Shown: piece after piece, positions 1 through 8,849 of the stretch
Position numbering within the stretch: the stretch's first letter is position 1
Layout of the letters: the number at the start of each line of letters is the position of its first letter
NCBI GenBank assembly: GCA_965659685.1
Contig: CBFHXB010000007.1
Span: forward strand, 29,314-93,313
Reading direction: 5' to 3'
Length of the DNA stretch: 64,000 bases
Origin: Candidatus Poseidoniaceae archaeon
GTDB lineage: Archaea; Thermoplasmatota; Poseidoniia; Poseidoniales; Poseidoniaceae
Notes under the pieces: generated by a model
The model's database searches: none
The model's input: the letters and a program-made list of their open reading frames with translations, nothing else
Told to the model about the DNA's origin: nothing
Program-made: the position numbers and the translations under genes

Positions 1-20
1 TGGACCCTGACCCTCGACGT

Positions 21-494
21 TTGGCACCGTGGAGGTGGCGTCTGATGCGCGTGCACGAGCGGCAACGTGACGATCGCGGGCAAATGTTGCTCGCCACCGG
101 CATGGTTCTCCTCCTGTCCCTGATGTCGATGGCCATCTTTTCGATCAAGGTGGCCGGCATGGCCATGCCGCACGAACCGGCCTCGGACGGTGCGTTGAGG
201 ACCACCGCACAGGTGAACGACGTGCTTCCTGGTCTGGTCACGGCCCGTGCCGAGATGTGGATGGAAGCCGGGGACATCGAAGCGGAGGAAGCGGTGCGTC
301 TGGCCATGGAGAGCACGGTCCGTGACATGCTCCATCACGGCGAAGTGCGCGGCGTGGAAGTCAAACTCATGGAAGCCACCGTGATGCAAAACGCTGACAC
401 GGAAGGATTGGTGGACGTGTCGGTGGACCTCGGCGTTTCGGACACCGACGTGCGGATTGAGATCCCGCTGACCTTTACGGTCGACTTGCGTTGA
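21..494 (+). CDS. Hypothetical membrane-anchored protein, possible archaeal type IV pilin-like (class III signal peptide-like N-terminus)
   Basis: ORF with N-terminal basic stretch followed by RGQ + ~20 hydrophobic residues (DDRGQMLLATGMVLLLSLMSMAIF), resembling archaeal prepilin KG/RG-cleavage signals. No catalytic motifs; alternative start at M9 (nt 45). Confidence 0.3.
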   Translation: MAPWRWRLMRVHERQRDDRGQMLLATGMVLLLSLMSMAIFSIKVAGMAMPHEPASDGALRTTAQVNDVLPGLVTARAEMWMEAGDIEAEEAVRLAMESTVRDMLHHGEVRGVEVKLMEATVMQNADTEGLVDVSVDLGVSDTDVRIEIPLTFTVDLR

Positions 495-1175
495 TCACGC
501 CTGAAGGGCGTTCCACGCCAGGTCCATGTGGTGCAGAATGCGCTTGACCTCGTCGTGCCGGTCAACGTCGATGACCGGCCAGCCGGCCACCTTGGCACGG
601 TCGACCAACCCGTCTTGGATCGCTCGGATGCGGTCCAAGGATGCAATGTATCGGTCCGCTCGTCGCCAAGAGACCTCCTCGCGCTCGCGCAACATCGCCT
701 TGTGCTGCGCTTCGTCGATGACGTTGAGCACAACACCGACGGCGACACCGCCGTCCCTGCGCCACGCCTGAAGCAGGCGGTCCATGGGCACGACGTGCAC
801 GCCTTCGAGCAGGAGATCGATGCCTTCGCGACGTGCGCGCTCGACCGTGGCTCGGATGCCGTCCTCCAACGCGTCGCAGGTTTCCAGCCAGTCGAGCACC
901 GCATCACCGGTGCCGCCTTGGCTGAACGACGAACGGTGCAAGGCCGGTCGGGAGCGTTCTGGGTCCGTGGTCCGAAGCACTTCGCGGATGGCGTCCGTGG
1001 AGACGCAGCGGGTGAAGTCCCGCTCAAGCAGAATGCGACGGGCGGTGCTGGACTTTCCCGTTCCCGATGTTCCGGCCACGATCAGCAAGCGCGGCGTGCG
1101 CGTCGAGGTGGCGAGGAGGGTTGCTTCGGCGAGGCCCACGCGCTCCACCATGCTACCCGTTCGTGCATGCGTCAC
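495..1175 (-). CDS. P-loop kinase, 2-phosphoglycerate kinase-like (COG2074-like)
   Basis: Walker A motif GTSGTGKSS near N-terminus; overall architecture like archaeal 2-phosphoglycerate kinase family ATP-binding proteins. Confidence 0.5.
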   Translation of the reverse strand: MTHARTGSMVERVGLAEATLLATSTRTPRLLIVAGTSGTGKSSTARRILLERDFTRCVSTDAIREVLRTTDPERSRPALHRSSFSQGGTGDAVLDWLETCDALEDGIRATVERARREGIDLLLEGVHVVPMDRLLQAWRRDGGVAVGVVLNVIDEAQHKAMLREREEVSWRRADRYIASLDRIRAIQDGLVDRAKVAGWPVIDVDRHDEVKRILHHMDLAWNALQA

Positions 1176-1248
1176 ATCATGCTTCCCGCGAGGATTGACC
1201 CTGCCCTCCCGCCGTTCGACTTTTCATGCGTCGGCCGGTGGGGGGTGC

Positions 1249-2694
1249 ATGGACGAGGAATCGATGTGGATTGGCGGCGCGTGGACAAGCGCTTCAGACG
1301 GTGCAACCGGTGAGGTGCTCGACCCATCGAGCGGCGAGGTCATTGCCAGCGTACCCAAAGCCACCTTGGCCGACGTGGACACGGCCGTGGCCGCAAGCCG
1401 TGCGGCCTTCGAAGACCGTTCCTGGGCCGCCATGGACCCTGCTCAGCGGGGGCGCATCCTCCAGAAGATGGCCGCCGTCACCTATGCACAAGCGAAGAAC
1501 CTCGCCAGCATCGAGAGCCGCAACAACGGGAAGACCTTCCGTGAGGCCCTCTCTGAAATCCGCTACGGTGCGTGGACCCTCGAGTACTTCGCGGGCGCCT
1601 CGGACAAGATCGAAGGCTCCACGATCCCCGTGCCCGGCAACCGCCTCAACTACAGCCTCCGGCAACCCCTGGGCGTCACCGCGCACCTCGTGCCCTGGAA
1701 CTTCCCGCTCCAACTTGCACTGCGTTCCATCGCTCCGGCCTTGGCCGCAGGATGCACCGTCATCGCCAAGCCGGCCTCGTGGACGCCGCTCTCGCTGATC
1801 GCATGGGCGAAGGCCATCGATGAGGCCGAGACTGGATTGCCCTCGGGTGTGTTGCAGGTCATCACCGGCTCCGGCGGCCTCATCGGCGATGCCTTGGCGG
1901 GCCACGCCGGCGTCGACGGCATCGTCCTGACCGGCGGCGTGCCCACAGGCAAGGCCGTGATGGCCAAGGCCAGCGAGCGCCTCACGCCCGTCACCCTCGA
2001 ACTCGGCGGCAAGGGCGCGCACCTCGTGTTCCCCGACGCAGACCTGCGGACCGCCGCCAAGGCGGTGTGCTTTGGCATCTTCATGAACGCCGGGCAAATG
2101 TGTTGGGCCGGTTCGCGGCTCATCGTCCACGAGGACGTTCATGACGACCTCGTCGAGGCCATCGTGGCCGAGATCGGCAAGTGGCCCGTCGGGCCCGGCC
2201 TCTCCGAAGGGGTGCGCATGGGTTCACTGGTCCACACGTCTCACCGGGACGAGGTGCTCGAGAAGCTCAACGCGGGTCTCGCCATGGGCGGCCAAGTCGT
2301 GCTTGGTGGCGCCGCGATGACCGAGGATCACCCGGACGGGGCTTTCATGCAACCCACCGTGGTCACCGGCGTGGACGAGAACAACCTTCTCTTCACCGAG
2401 GAATTGTTCGGACCCGTGTTGGCCGTGACCAGTTTCTCCGAGGAATCCGAAGCCCTCCGGCTTGCAAACGCGACCGAGTTCGGCCTCCTGAACGGCGTGT
2501 GGACTCAGCATCTTGGCCGTGCCCACCGGCTTGCGCGCGACCTGCAGTGCGGCATGGTGAGCATCAACGAGTACCCCATCACCTTCCCACAAACGGCCTT
2601 CACCGGATGGAAGATGTCGGGCATCGGCGTTGAACAGAGCCTTGACGCTCTGCGGTTTTACACCCGCGTCAAGAACGTCAACGTGAAGATTTGA
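1249..2694 (+). CDS. NAD(P)+-dependent aldehyde dehydrogenase
   Basis: 481-aa product with ALDH hallmarks (…ELGGKG…, FxNxGQxCxAGSR catalytic Cys region, PWNFP). The ORF-track 636-aa version has a spurious N-terminal extension overlapping the opposite-strand kinase; ATG at 1249 chosen (MDEESMWIGG). Confidence 0.85.
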   Translation: MDEESMWIGGAWTSASDGATGEVLDPSSGEVIASVPKATLADVDTAVAASRAAFEDRSWAAMDPAQRGRILQKMAAVTYAQAKNLASIESRNNGKTFREALSEIRYGAWTLEYFAGASDKIEGSTIPVPGNRLNYSLRQPLGVTAHLVPWNFPLQLALRSIAPALAAGCTVIAKPASWTPLSLIAWAKAIDEAETGLPSGVLQVITGSGGLIGDALAGHAGVDGIVLTGGVPTGKAVMAKASERLTPVTLELGGKGAHLVFPDADLRTAAKAVCFGIFMNAGQMCWAGSRLIVHEDVHDDLVEAIVAEIGKWPVGPGLSEGVRMGSLVHTSHRDEVLEKLNAGLAMGGQVVLGGAAMTEDHPDGAFMQPTVVTGVDENNLLFTEELFGPVLAVTSFSEESEALRLANATEFGLLNGVWTQHLGRAHRLARDLQCGMVSINEYPITFPQTAFTGWKMSGIGVEQSLDALRFYTRVKNVNVKI

Positions 2695-2695
2695 G

Positions 2696-3487
2696 GTGAC
2701 ACCGATGACGGTTGAACGCACGTCCCCCAAACCCGGCGTGGCCATGCTCCGTTTGACCGGAGCCACCGCGAGCGCATCGTTTTCTCGCGCTTCCCTGCCC
2801 GTCATCGCCAAGGCGATCGACGAGGTGCTCAACGATGCAGAGGTCCGTGCCCTGGTCATCACCGGCGAGGGGCGGTTTTTCTCGGCCGGTGCCGACATCG
2901 ATGCCTTCGCAGCATCCATCGAAGCCGGTGACGCACCGGCGCTCATCCGGGATTTGACCGGTCATCTGCACCCCTTGCTGCTGCGCATGCGCACGTCGTC
3001 CACCATCTGCGTGGCCGCCATCAACGGGGCGGCCGCAGGCGGTGGGCTCGGTCTTGCGCTGGCCTGCGACGCACGCGTGGCGTCCACGGATGCACGCCTT
3101 GCCGCGTCCTACGCTGGCATGGGCCTCTCACCCGATGGCGGGTCCACGTGGCTCTTGCCACGCCTGGTGGGCAACCAGGTCGCCCGACGCTTCTTCTTTG
3201 ACAACACGATTTGGGATGCACAGGAAGCATACGACCGTGGAGCGGTGGATTACCTCGTCCCTGCTGAGCACCTGATCGATACGGCGCTGGGCGTTGCGGT
3301 CGCGTGGAGCGGCTGGAGCGAGCACGTCCGGGAAGCGACGAAACACCTTCTGCACGTGGAGTCCGACAACGATTTGGCCACGCACCTCGATCATGAACGA
3401 ACGTTGATCGAAGCGGCCGGCACGACGGAGGCCTTCGAGGAGGGCGTGGCCGCTTTCCTCGCCCGTCGACGTCCGAAATCGAATTGA
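2696..3487 (+). CDS. Enoyl-CoA hydratase/isomerase (crotonase family)
   Basis: Crotonase fold motifs (ITGEGRFFSAGADI…, AAINGAAAGGGLGLALACD). Starts 2 nt after the ALDH stop, indicating an operon. Confidence 0.8.
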   Translation: MTPMTVERTSPKPGVAMLRLTGATASASFSRASLPVIAKAIDEVLNDAEVRALVITGEGRFFSAGADIDAFAASIEAGDAPALIRDLTGHLHPLLLRMRTSSTICVAAINGAAAGGGLGLALACDARVASTDARLAASYAGMGLSPDGGSTWLLPRLVGNQVARRFFFDNTIWDAQEAYDRGAVDYLVPAEHLIDTALGVAVAWSGWSEHVREATKHLLHVESDNDLATHLDHERTLIEAAGTTEAFEEGVAAFLARRRPKSN

Positions 3488-3583
3488 AGGCTCCCCTCCC
3501 GTGATACGCCTATGCATTGGATCTACAATGGGTTACACCGGTGTTACAGAGTGGATAAATACGCCCTTGCGGCATCGATTCAC

Positions 3584-4450
3584 ATGAACAGAAGGGTTGC
3601 TTTCCTTGTCGTCACACTGATGATGACGGTTTCTCTCTCCGGGTGTCTGGGGCGCGGCGGAGGAAACGGTGAGAACGACAACAACATGGGACCTCCTGAA
3701 GACGTCAATGCTGAAGCGTACAATGTCCTGTACATTGGTCACAGCTTCGGACGAGTTTTTGCTGAAACACTTCAGGATTATGCCCACACCGCAGGGTTCA
3801 CCGATCACGCACAGTACATCGAAATGAGTGGAGGTGCTTCAGGCGCCCCCGATAGACTATGGGAAGACAACGGCCATCGTGAGAACATCAAGGCTTACTT
3901 GGATACGGGCGAGATTGATGTGTTGATCATGATCTGCTGTTCGGTTGAATTCGTCGAAACAGGCGGACAGTCGGACGAAGCAATTTGGAACTTTACCGAT
4001 TATGCTTTGGACAAAAACCCAGATACCCGCATTGGACTTTCGATGCTTTGGAAAGATTTTCCCGGACAATATGAGAACGCAAGCGAGCATAAGGACGGAA
4101 CTGAATTCTTGTACGATTCTTGGGTTCGATTGGCTTCCAACTTGAGCGCTGATTATCCAGATGCAGATGTGTTCACCTTCCACCACGGCGCTGCAGCATA
4201 TGAATTACGAGACATGTTTGAAACAGACCAACTTGAGGATGACGTCAACCAACTTTCGGGTCCAAAGGCAACCTCGGTCTTCACCGATGAAAAGGGGCAC
4301 GCAGGCCAAATTTTGATCGACACAGGAACGCTCATCTGGCTTCATGCAGTTCACGGTGTGGAACCGTTGGATGTGGCAGAATTTCCCCAATGGAGCACCG
4401 ACATACGCGTCATCGCAGACTCTCTTCTCGATGAGGAAAATCATCAGTAG
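3584..4450 (+). CDS. Secreted lipoprotein of unknown function (GHSFG motif, possibly SGNH/DUF4886-like hydrolase)
   Basis: Start MNRRVAFLVVTLMMTVSLSGC gives a signal peptide plus lipobox (LSGC). The gene lies in a ~1 kb segment with markedly lower GC (~45-57% vs ~65% flanks). Confidence 0.55.
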   Translation: MNRRVAFLVVTLMMTVSLSGCLGRGGGNGENDNNMGPPEDVNAEAYNVLYIGHSFGRVFAETLQDYAHTAGFTDHAQYIEMSGGASGAPDRLWEDNGHRENIKAYLDTGEIDVLIMICCSVEFVETGGQSDEAIWNFTDYALDKNPDTRIGLSMLWKDFPGQYENASEHKDGTEFLYDSWVRLASNLSADYPDADVFTFHHGAAAYELRDMFETDQLEDDVNQLSGPKATSVFTDEKGHAGQILIDTGTLIWLHAVHGVEPLDVAEFPQWSTDIRVIADSLLDEENHQ

Positions 4451-4555
4451 CGGCATATCATGTCCATGAACTCGCAAAGGTTCTTGCGAACCCCTCAAGA
4501 CATGATGGAGAAGTACAATCTGCGTTCAGCCCCTCAAGTACACTGCAGACCGTGA

Positions 4556-5449
4556 TCATGTCAGGTCGGGAAGGTCTGCGGGTTCTGGCGAGCCGCTGGA
4601 CCAATCGTAAATGCCCAAGCCGGTCTTCTTGCCAAGCCTGCCTTCGTCCACGAGCGCCTCAAGCAGCGGATGTGGGGCGTAGGCGTCGTCGTTGAACGAG
4701 GCTTGTAGGTTCAGCAAAATGTCGCGGCGAACGTCGAGACCGACGAGGTCGGTCAGGGCCAAGGGACCCATCGGGTGGCGGTATCCGAGCGTCATGGCGG
4801 TGTCGATGTCTTTGGCGCTGGCCACGCCATCGGCGAGCATACGAATGGCTTCGTTGCCCAAGACCACCCCAAGGCGGCTGGTGGCAAAGCCGGGCACGTC
4901 GTTGACGAGGATGGCCGTCTTGCCCATGGCCGCCCCAGCGTCCAACGCCAAGGAGACGGTGGACTCGCTCGTGCCCTCGTGTTTCACCACTTCGAGCAGC
5001 GACATGATCGGGACGGGATTGAAGAAATGCATCCCAATGAGCCGTTCTGGGTGCTTCAGCACGGAGGCGATGGTACCAATTGAGAGGCTTGATGTGTTCG
5101 TCCCAAGCACCGCATCGGGCCGCACCAGGGCTTCGACCTGCGTGAAGATGGATTGCTTGAGGTCCATGATTTCAGGCACCGCTTCGATGATCAAATCAGC
5201 CGTCGCGACGGCCTGACCAAGGTCGCTCACCGCATGCAGGTGGACCGACCATGCCGCCTTCTGCTCCTCCGTGGTCTTGCCACGGGCGATGCCCTTGTCC
5301 CAAAAGGCGTTGATGCGGTCCATGCCTGCGACAAGGCCGTCGGGGTGGGCGTCGTGGAGGTGCGTGCGCCAACCGGCTTGGGCGCACACTTGTGCAATAC
5401 CGGCGCCCATGGTTCCGGCTCCGATCACGGCGACGGTCGAAATCTGCAT
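4556..5449 (-). CDS. 3-hydroxyacyl-CoA dehydrogenase (NAD-binding)
   Basis: N-terminal Rossmann motif VAVIGAGTMGAGIA and a 3HCDH-family C-terminal domain; start at MQISTVAVIGAG (reverse ATG at 5447-5449 verified). The ORF-track upstream extension is likely spurious. Confidence 0.85.
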   Translation of the reverse strand: MQISTVAVIGAGTMGAGIAQVCAQAGWRTHLHDAHPDGLVAGMDRINAFWDKGIARGKTTEEQKAAWSVHLHAVSDLGQAVATADLIIEAVPEIMDLKQSIFTQVEALVRPDAVLGTNTSSLSIGTIASVLKHPERLIGMHFFNPVPIMSLLEVVKHEGTSESTVSLALDAGAAMGKTAILVNDVPGFATSRLGVVLGNEAIRMLADGVASAKDIDTAMTLGYRHPMGPLALTDLVGLDVRRDILLNLQASFNDDAYAPHPLLEALVDEGRLGKKTGLGIYDWSSGSPEPADLPDLT

Positions 5450-5475
5450 GCCCCTATGGGTCAAGCGACGCCCCA

Positions 5476-6390
5476 TCAGGCCTTCGTTGAGCGTTGCGCC
5501 AGGCTTACCCCGCTCAAAATGAGCACCAAAGCGATCACGAGGCTCCATCCAAGTTGCTCGCCCAAGAGCAAGTAGCCGCTCAGAATTCCGAAGATGGGCA
5601 CGAGGTACACGTAGGTCGAGGTTCGACTTGGTCCGATGCGCTTGACGCCCTCGGCAAACCAAACGTAAGCCAGCACCGTCGAAAGCAGCGCAAGGAAGAC
5701 GATGGACAGCAGGCTTGACCACTCGATGGTCGGCCAGCCCCCGGTGTTCACTTCATAGGCGGACCATGGCGTCAGGAAAGCCAACCCAACGGCCGAGGAC
5801 CAGACGGTGATTTGGAGCGGGCTCATCGGGCCGTCTCTTTCAGCCTCTTCAACGTCCATGGCGCGCCTCATCAACAAGGTGGCCGTCGCCCACGCCAGTG
5901 CAGATGCCGCGATGAAGGCATTTCCGAGCCACCGCTCGGACGTGGGAAGGTCAACGTTGGGAGAGGCCAGGAACAGCACGCCAATGCCCAGCAGGCCAAG
6001 GGCCAGTCCACCACCAAGCTGCTTCGTCATCGGGTGCCCAAGGACGATCACGGCCAAGATGCTGGTGAACAGCGGATTGAGGGTGATCATCAACGAAGCA
6101 TCGCCGGCCGCCGTCCATCCCATGCCGTACATGAACAGGACCTGGTAGAGGAAGGTCGAGCAGGCGCCAATCCAAAACAAGCGGCGCCATTGGGGCATGC
6201 TCGGAACGAACCATCCCTCGGAGAAGCGCAACCAAAGGAGGAAGGCAGGCACGGCGATGAGGTACCGAAGCCACGCTCCGAGCACCGGCCAATCGTCCAT
6301 CTCCGTGGCGATCACGCGTCCGGCGGTCCACGCCACGCCCCAGAAGGCGGCGACGAGCCACAATCGAACGTGTAGACCTGCGTGGTTCAT
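5476..6390 (-). CDS. EamA/DMT-family transporter (10 TM)
   Basis: Two repeated 5-TM hydrophobic halves typical of the drug/metabolite transporter superfamily. Confidence 0.65.
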   Translation of the reverse strand: MNHAGLHVRLWLVAAFWGVAWTAGRVIATEMDDWPVLGAWLRYLIAVPAFLLWLRFSEGWFVPSMPQWRRLFWIGACSTFLYQVLFMYGMGWTAAGDASLMITLNPLFTSILAVIVLGHPMTKQLGGGLALGLLGIGVLFLASPNVDLPTSERWLGNAFIAASALAWATATLLMRRAMDVEEAERDGPMSPLQITVWSSAVGLAFLTPWSAYEVNTGGWPTIEWSSLLSIVFLALLSTVLAYVWFAEGVKRIGPSRTSTYVYLVPIFGILSGYLLLGEQLGWSLVIALVLILSGVSLAQRSTKA

Positions 6391-6947
6391 TCGAAGCGCT
6401 CCAAGCCAAGCTGGAGCACACGGGCTCGGGGGAGCCCAATCTCCGGCAGGCCGGCGGCGGGTGCGTGCTTCTTGAGCCCCTCGATGCGGGACACGTACAC
6501 GCCATAGGACGCGATGTCGTCAGGCTTGAACGGCGTCGGGAGGTCCATCGCTTCCAATGCGGCACAGGCTTCTGCGCTGTAGATCGGATACACCCGTGCA
6601 ACGAAGTGCGCCCACCGGGAGATGCGGACGGCATCCACGCCATCGAGCGTCATCAGGTGCTCGAACAGACCGACGTCCGGATACCGTGCGCTGCGGAGGG
6701 CCATCTTGACTTCCATCGCAACGTCATCCGGCCACACGAAGGGTTGTGCGTCGGCCCATGCGTCTGCGCGCTCAACGGTGCTCAGAATGTTGCTTTCTCG
6801 GGCACTGTAGAGGACTTCGCCGTACGCGTCGTCGTCTTCGATGTCCTCCACCAACAACGGGAGCTCGTCGTACAGGCGTTCGCAACGCTTGGCGTTGATG
6901 CCGTACAGCTCGACCGGAATCATCGTGATTCCTCCTTCGCCGAGCAT
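6387..6947 (-). CDS. Hypothetical protein, translationally coupled downstream of the diiron oxygenase gene
   Basis: ATG at 6945-6947 overlaps the upstream gene's TGA stop (TGATG). No recognisable motifs; possibly an oxygenase accessory subunit. Confidence 0.4.
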   Translation of the reverse strand: MLGEGGITMIPVELYGINAKRCERLYDELPLLVEDIEDDDAYGEVLYSARESNILSTVERADAWADAQPFVWPDDVAMEVKMALRSARYPDVGLFEHLMTLDGVDAVRISRWAHFVARVYPIYSAEACAALEAMDLPTPFKPDDIASYGVYVSRIEGLKKHAPAAGLPEIGLPRARVLQLGLERFE

Positions 6948-8107
6948 CAAGCGGAGGCGCCGATGCCGGTCGCCCGCTGACGTGCGGAGAGCGGCTTTTC
7001 GGAGATCCATTCCTGGTCGAAGATGGCCGGAAGGGCCGCTTCGTCTTCAGGGGTGGGGAGCACGGCACGGAGGTAAGCCTCCCATGCCGCGTCATCGCCT
7101 TCGAACAACGTACCTTCGACGGTGTAACGTCCCTTGGCGAAGGCGCCGATGTCGCGGTTGAAGTTCTCGTGAGGAACGTAGAGGTCGGCAGCGCCTTCGG
7201 GGAGGTAGCCACAAAGCGCCTTCACGGCGTCTGCAATCTCTTGGTGGTAGTGGCCACGTGCCTCTTCGTTGAGATGGTCACGGTCGAGGGCCACGCCTTC
7301 TTCCTGCTTCTTGCGCTCGTCCCAGCGGCCCTTGATGCCCCAAACGTAGGCCCATTCAGCGGACGAGGATTCGTCGACGCCGAACAAGTCGTGCGCCGTT
7401 GCGACCCACTTGTTGATGTAACGCTGAAGCATGTCGAGCGGCACGACTCCTGCAGTGATGATGCGTCGCAGGCCGTTGGATCCGGTGCCGAGGTGGAAGG
7501 ACTCTTCCTTCAGCATTGGACCCATCGAGGCGGCCAAGGGCTTGAAGCCGGACGTGGAGAGCATGCCGAGTTGGAACTTGCCGTCACGGTCCACGAACAT
7601 GGTGTAGCAAAAGAAGTCCAGCCAGTGCGGCATGGGGCGGTTGAAGGCCCCAAGGAGACGGTCGCCGTCCTGTGCGTTGCGCTCAAGGAGCTTCTGCGCC
7701 TCACGGCGTCCTTGCTGACCGAAGTAGGTCATCAGGAGGTAGGCCATCTGCCACCCGTGGCGCTGTTCTTCGGCCATGATTCGAGCCGCAGCGTAGCGGT
7801 CGTATTCCGTGGGGGCGCTTGCCAGGAGGTGGCGCTGCTGTTCCACGGACGCAAATTCGGTGTCGCCTTGAACGGTGATCATGGTGATCATGGCGTCGCG
7901 CATGTTCTGTTGAGGGACCTGCATGGCTCGCTCCCACTTGGGGCGTCCTGCCAAGTCACCGAATTCGATGACGTCGCCCGCACGGTCCCAATCGAAGAGC
8001 ACGTCGAGGTTGAAGTCGCCAAGCCATGCGCGCTCGAAGCCCACACGGTCTTGCCAATCTTCGAAGTTTGCGATCCAGTCGTCCCACGTTTCCGGCAGGT
8101 TGTCCAT
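6947..8107 (-). CDS. Ferritin-like diiron oxygenase, PaaA/BoxB-like (ring-1,2-phenylacetyl-CoA / benzoyl-CoA epoxidase family)
   Basis: Two E…ExxH diiron motifs (AEEQRHGW and KEESFHLGTG). The second closely matches the E. coli PaaA CKEESFHQRQG motif. Confidence 0.55.
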   Translation of the reverse strand: MDNLPETWDDWIANFEDWQDRVGFERAWLGDFNLDVLFDWDRAGDVIEFGDLAGRPKWERAMQVPQQNMRDAMITMITVQGDTEFASVEQQRHLLASAPTEYDRYAAARIMAEEQRHGWQMAYLLMTYFGQQGRREAQKLLERNAQDGDRLLGAFNRPMPHWLDFFCYTMFVDRDGKFQLGMLSTSGFKPLAASMGPMLKEESFHLGTGSNGLRRIITAGVVPLDMLQRYINKWVATAHDLFGVDESSSAEWAYVWGIKGRWDERKKQEEGVALDRDHLNEEARGHYHQEIADAVKALCGYLPEGAADLYVPHENFNRDIGAFAKGRYTVEGTLFEGDDAAWEAYLRAVLPTPEDEAALPAIFDQEWISEKPLSARQRATGIGASA

Positions 8108-8175
8108 GGTGTTTGGAGGGCGGGGTGACCTTTGGGGTCATGGCGAACATGTTCGTGTGGACATGTTCGCTTGAC

Positions 8176-8817
8176 TCACCGCACTTTGCGGATGTCCTCG
8201 GCGTAGGTGCGCATCACTGCAGATTCCATCCGGTGCATCTGGGCCGAGAGGGTCGACTTGGCGACACCGAGCAAGCGGGCCATTTCCGTGATGCTCGTGC
8301 GGCGGGGGACGTCGTAGTAGCCCTCCCTCAAGGCAAGTTCGAACACCTGGCGTTGGCGGGGCGTCAGCAATTCCGTGCTGCTGCTTCGGGTCGAGAGCAA
8401 GCGATGCGGAAGCCCGTCTTCTCGAAAGCGTTGGATGAGGTTCCGTGCCTTGGTTTGGGTGCATTCGATGGTCCATTCCACCCAACCGTCCCGCACCTCG
8501 AAGGGGGTGTTTGGAATCACCCCGACGTCGATCAGTGGGCGGAGAAAACCTCCGCCACCTGCGCTGATGTCCACCGATGGATGACGCTGGTCGAGTTCAC
8601 GAAGGGCCTCGATTTTCGGGTGGACGTCGATGGACGTGTAGAGGTCAGGCCCCCCAGAAATTCGAGCGGTGCCGCGCCCGCGGGCGAGGGGCATGTGCTT
8701 CTCGATGCGCAGCACTTCCGTGGGATTTGCACGCGTGACGTCGCCGGCCCAGTGGCCGTCTGGGAGGCGGACCTCGATGCGAAGGCGGTGCGTGCCCATG
8801 CTTGCCAAACCGAACAT
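8176..8817 (-). CDS. HTH_10 (bacterio-opsin activator-type) transcriptional regulator
   Basis: C-terminal LTPRQRQVFELALREGYYDVPRRTSITEMARLLGVAKSTLSAQMHRMESAV is the archaeal bat-type HTH DNA-binding domain. Confidence 0.7.
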   Translation of the reverse strand: MFGLASMGTHRLRIEVRLPDGHWAGDVTRANPTEVLRIEKHMPLARGRGTARISGGPDLYTSIDVHPKIEALRELDQRHPSVDISAGGGGFLRPLIDVGVIPNTPFEVRDGWVEWTIECTQTKARNLIQRFREDGLPHRLLSTRSSSTELLTPRQRQVFELALREGYYDVPRRTSITEMARLLGVAKSTLSAQMHRMESAVMRTYAEDIRKVR

Positions 8818-8849
8818 GTTCGGTTAAGGCTGCCGTTGCACCCAGAGCC

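Noticed and set aside
784-1248. N-terminal 155-codon extension of the aldehyde dehydrogenase ORF
   Set aside because: Overlaps the opposite-strand P-loop kinase gene and lacks ALDH homology-like sequence; the true start is most likely ATG 1249.
3490-4556. Mobile element at the low-GC island
   Set aside because: No transposase/integrase ORF, inverted terminal repeats or target-site duplication could be seen; treated only as a compositional island.
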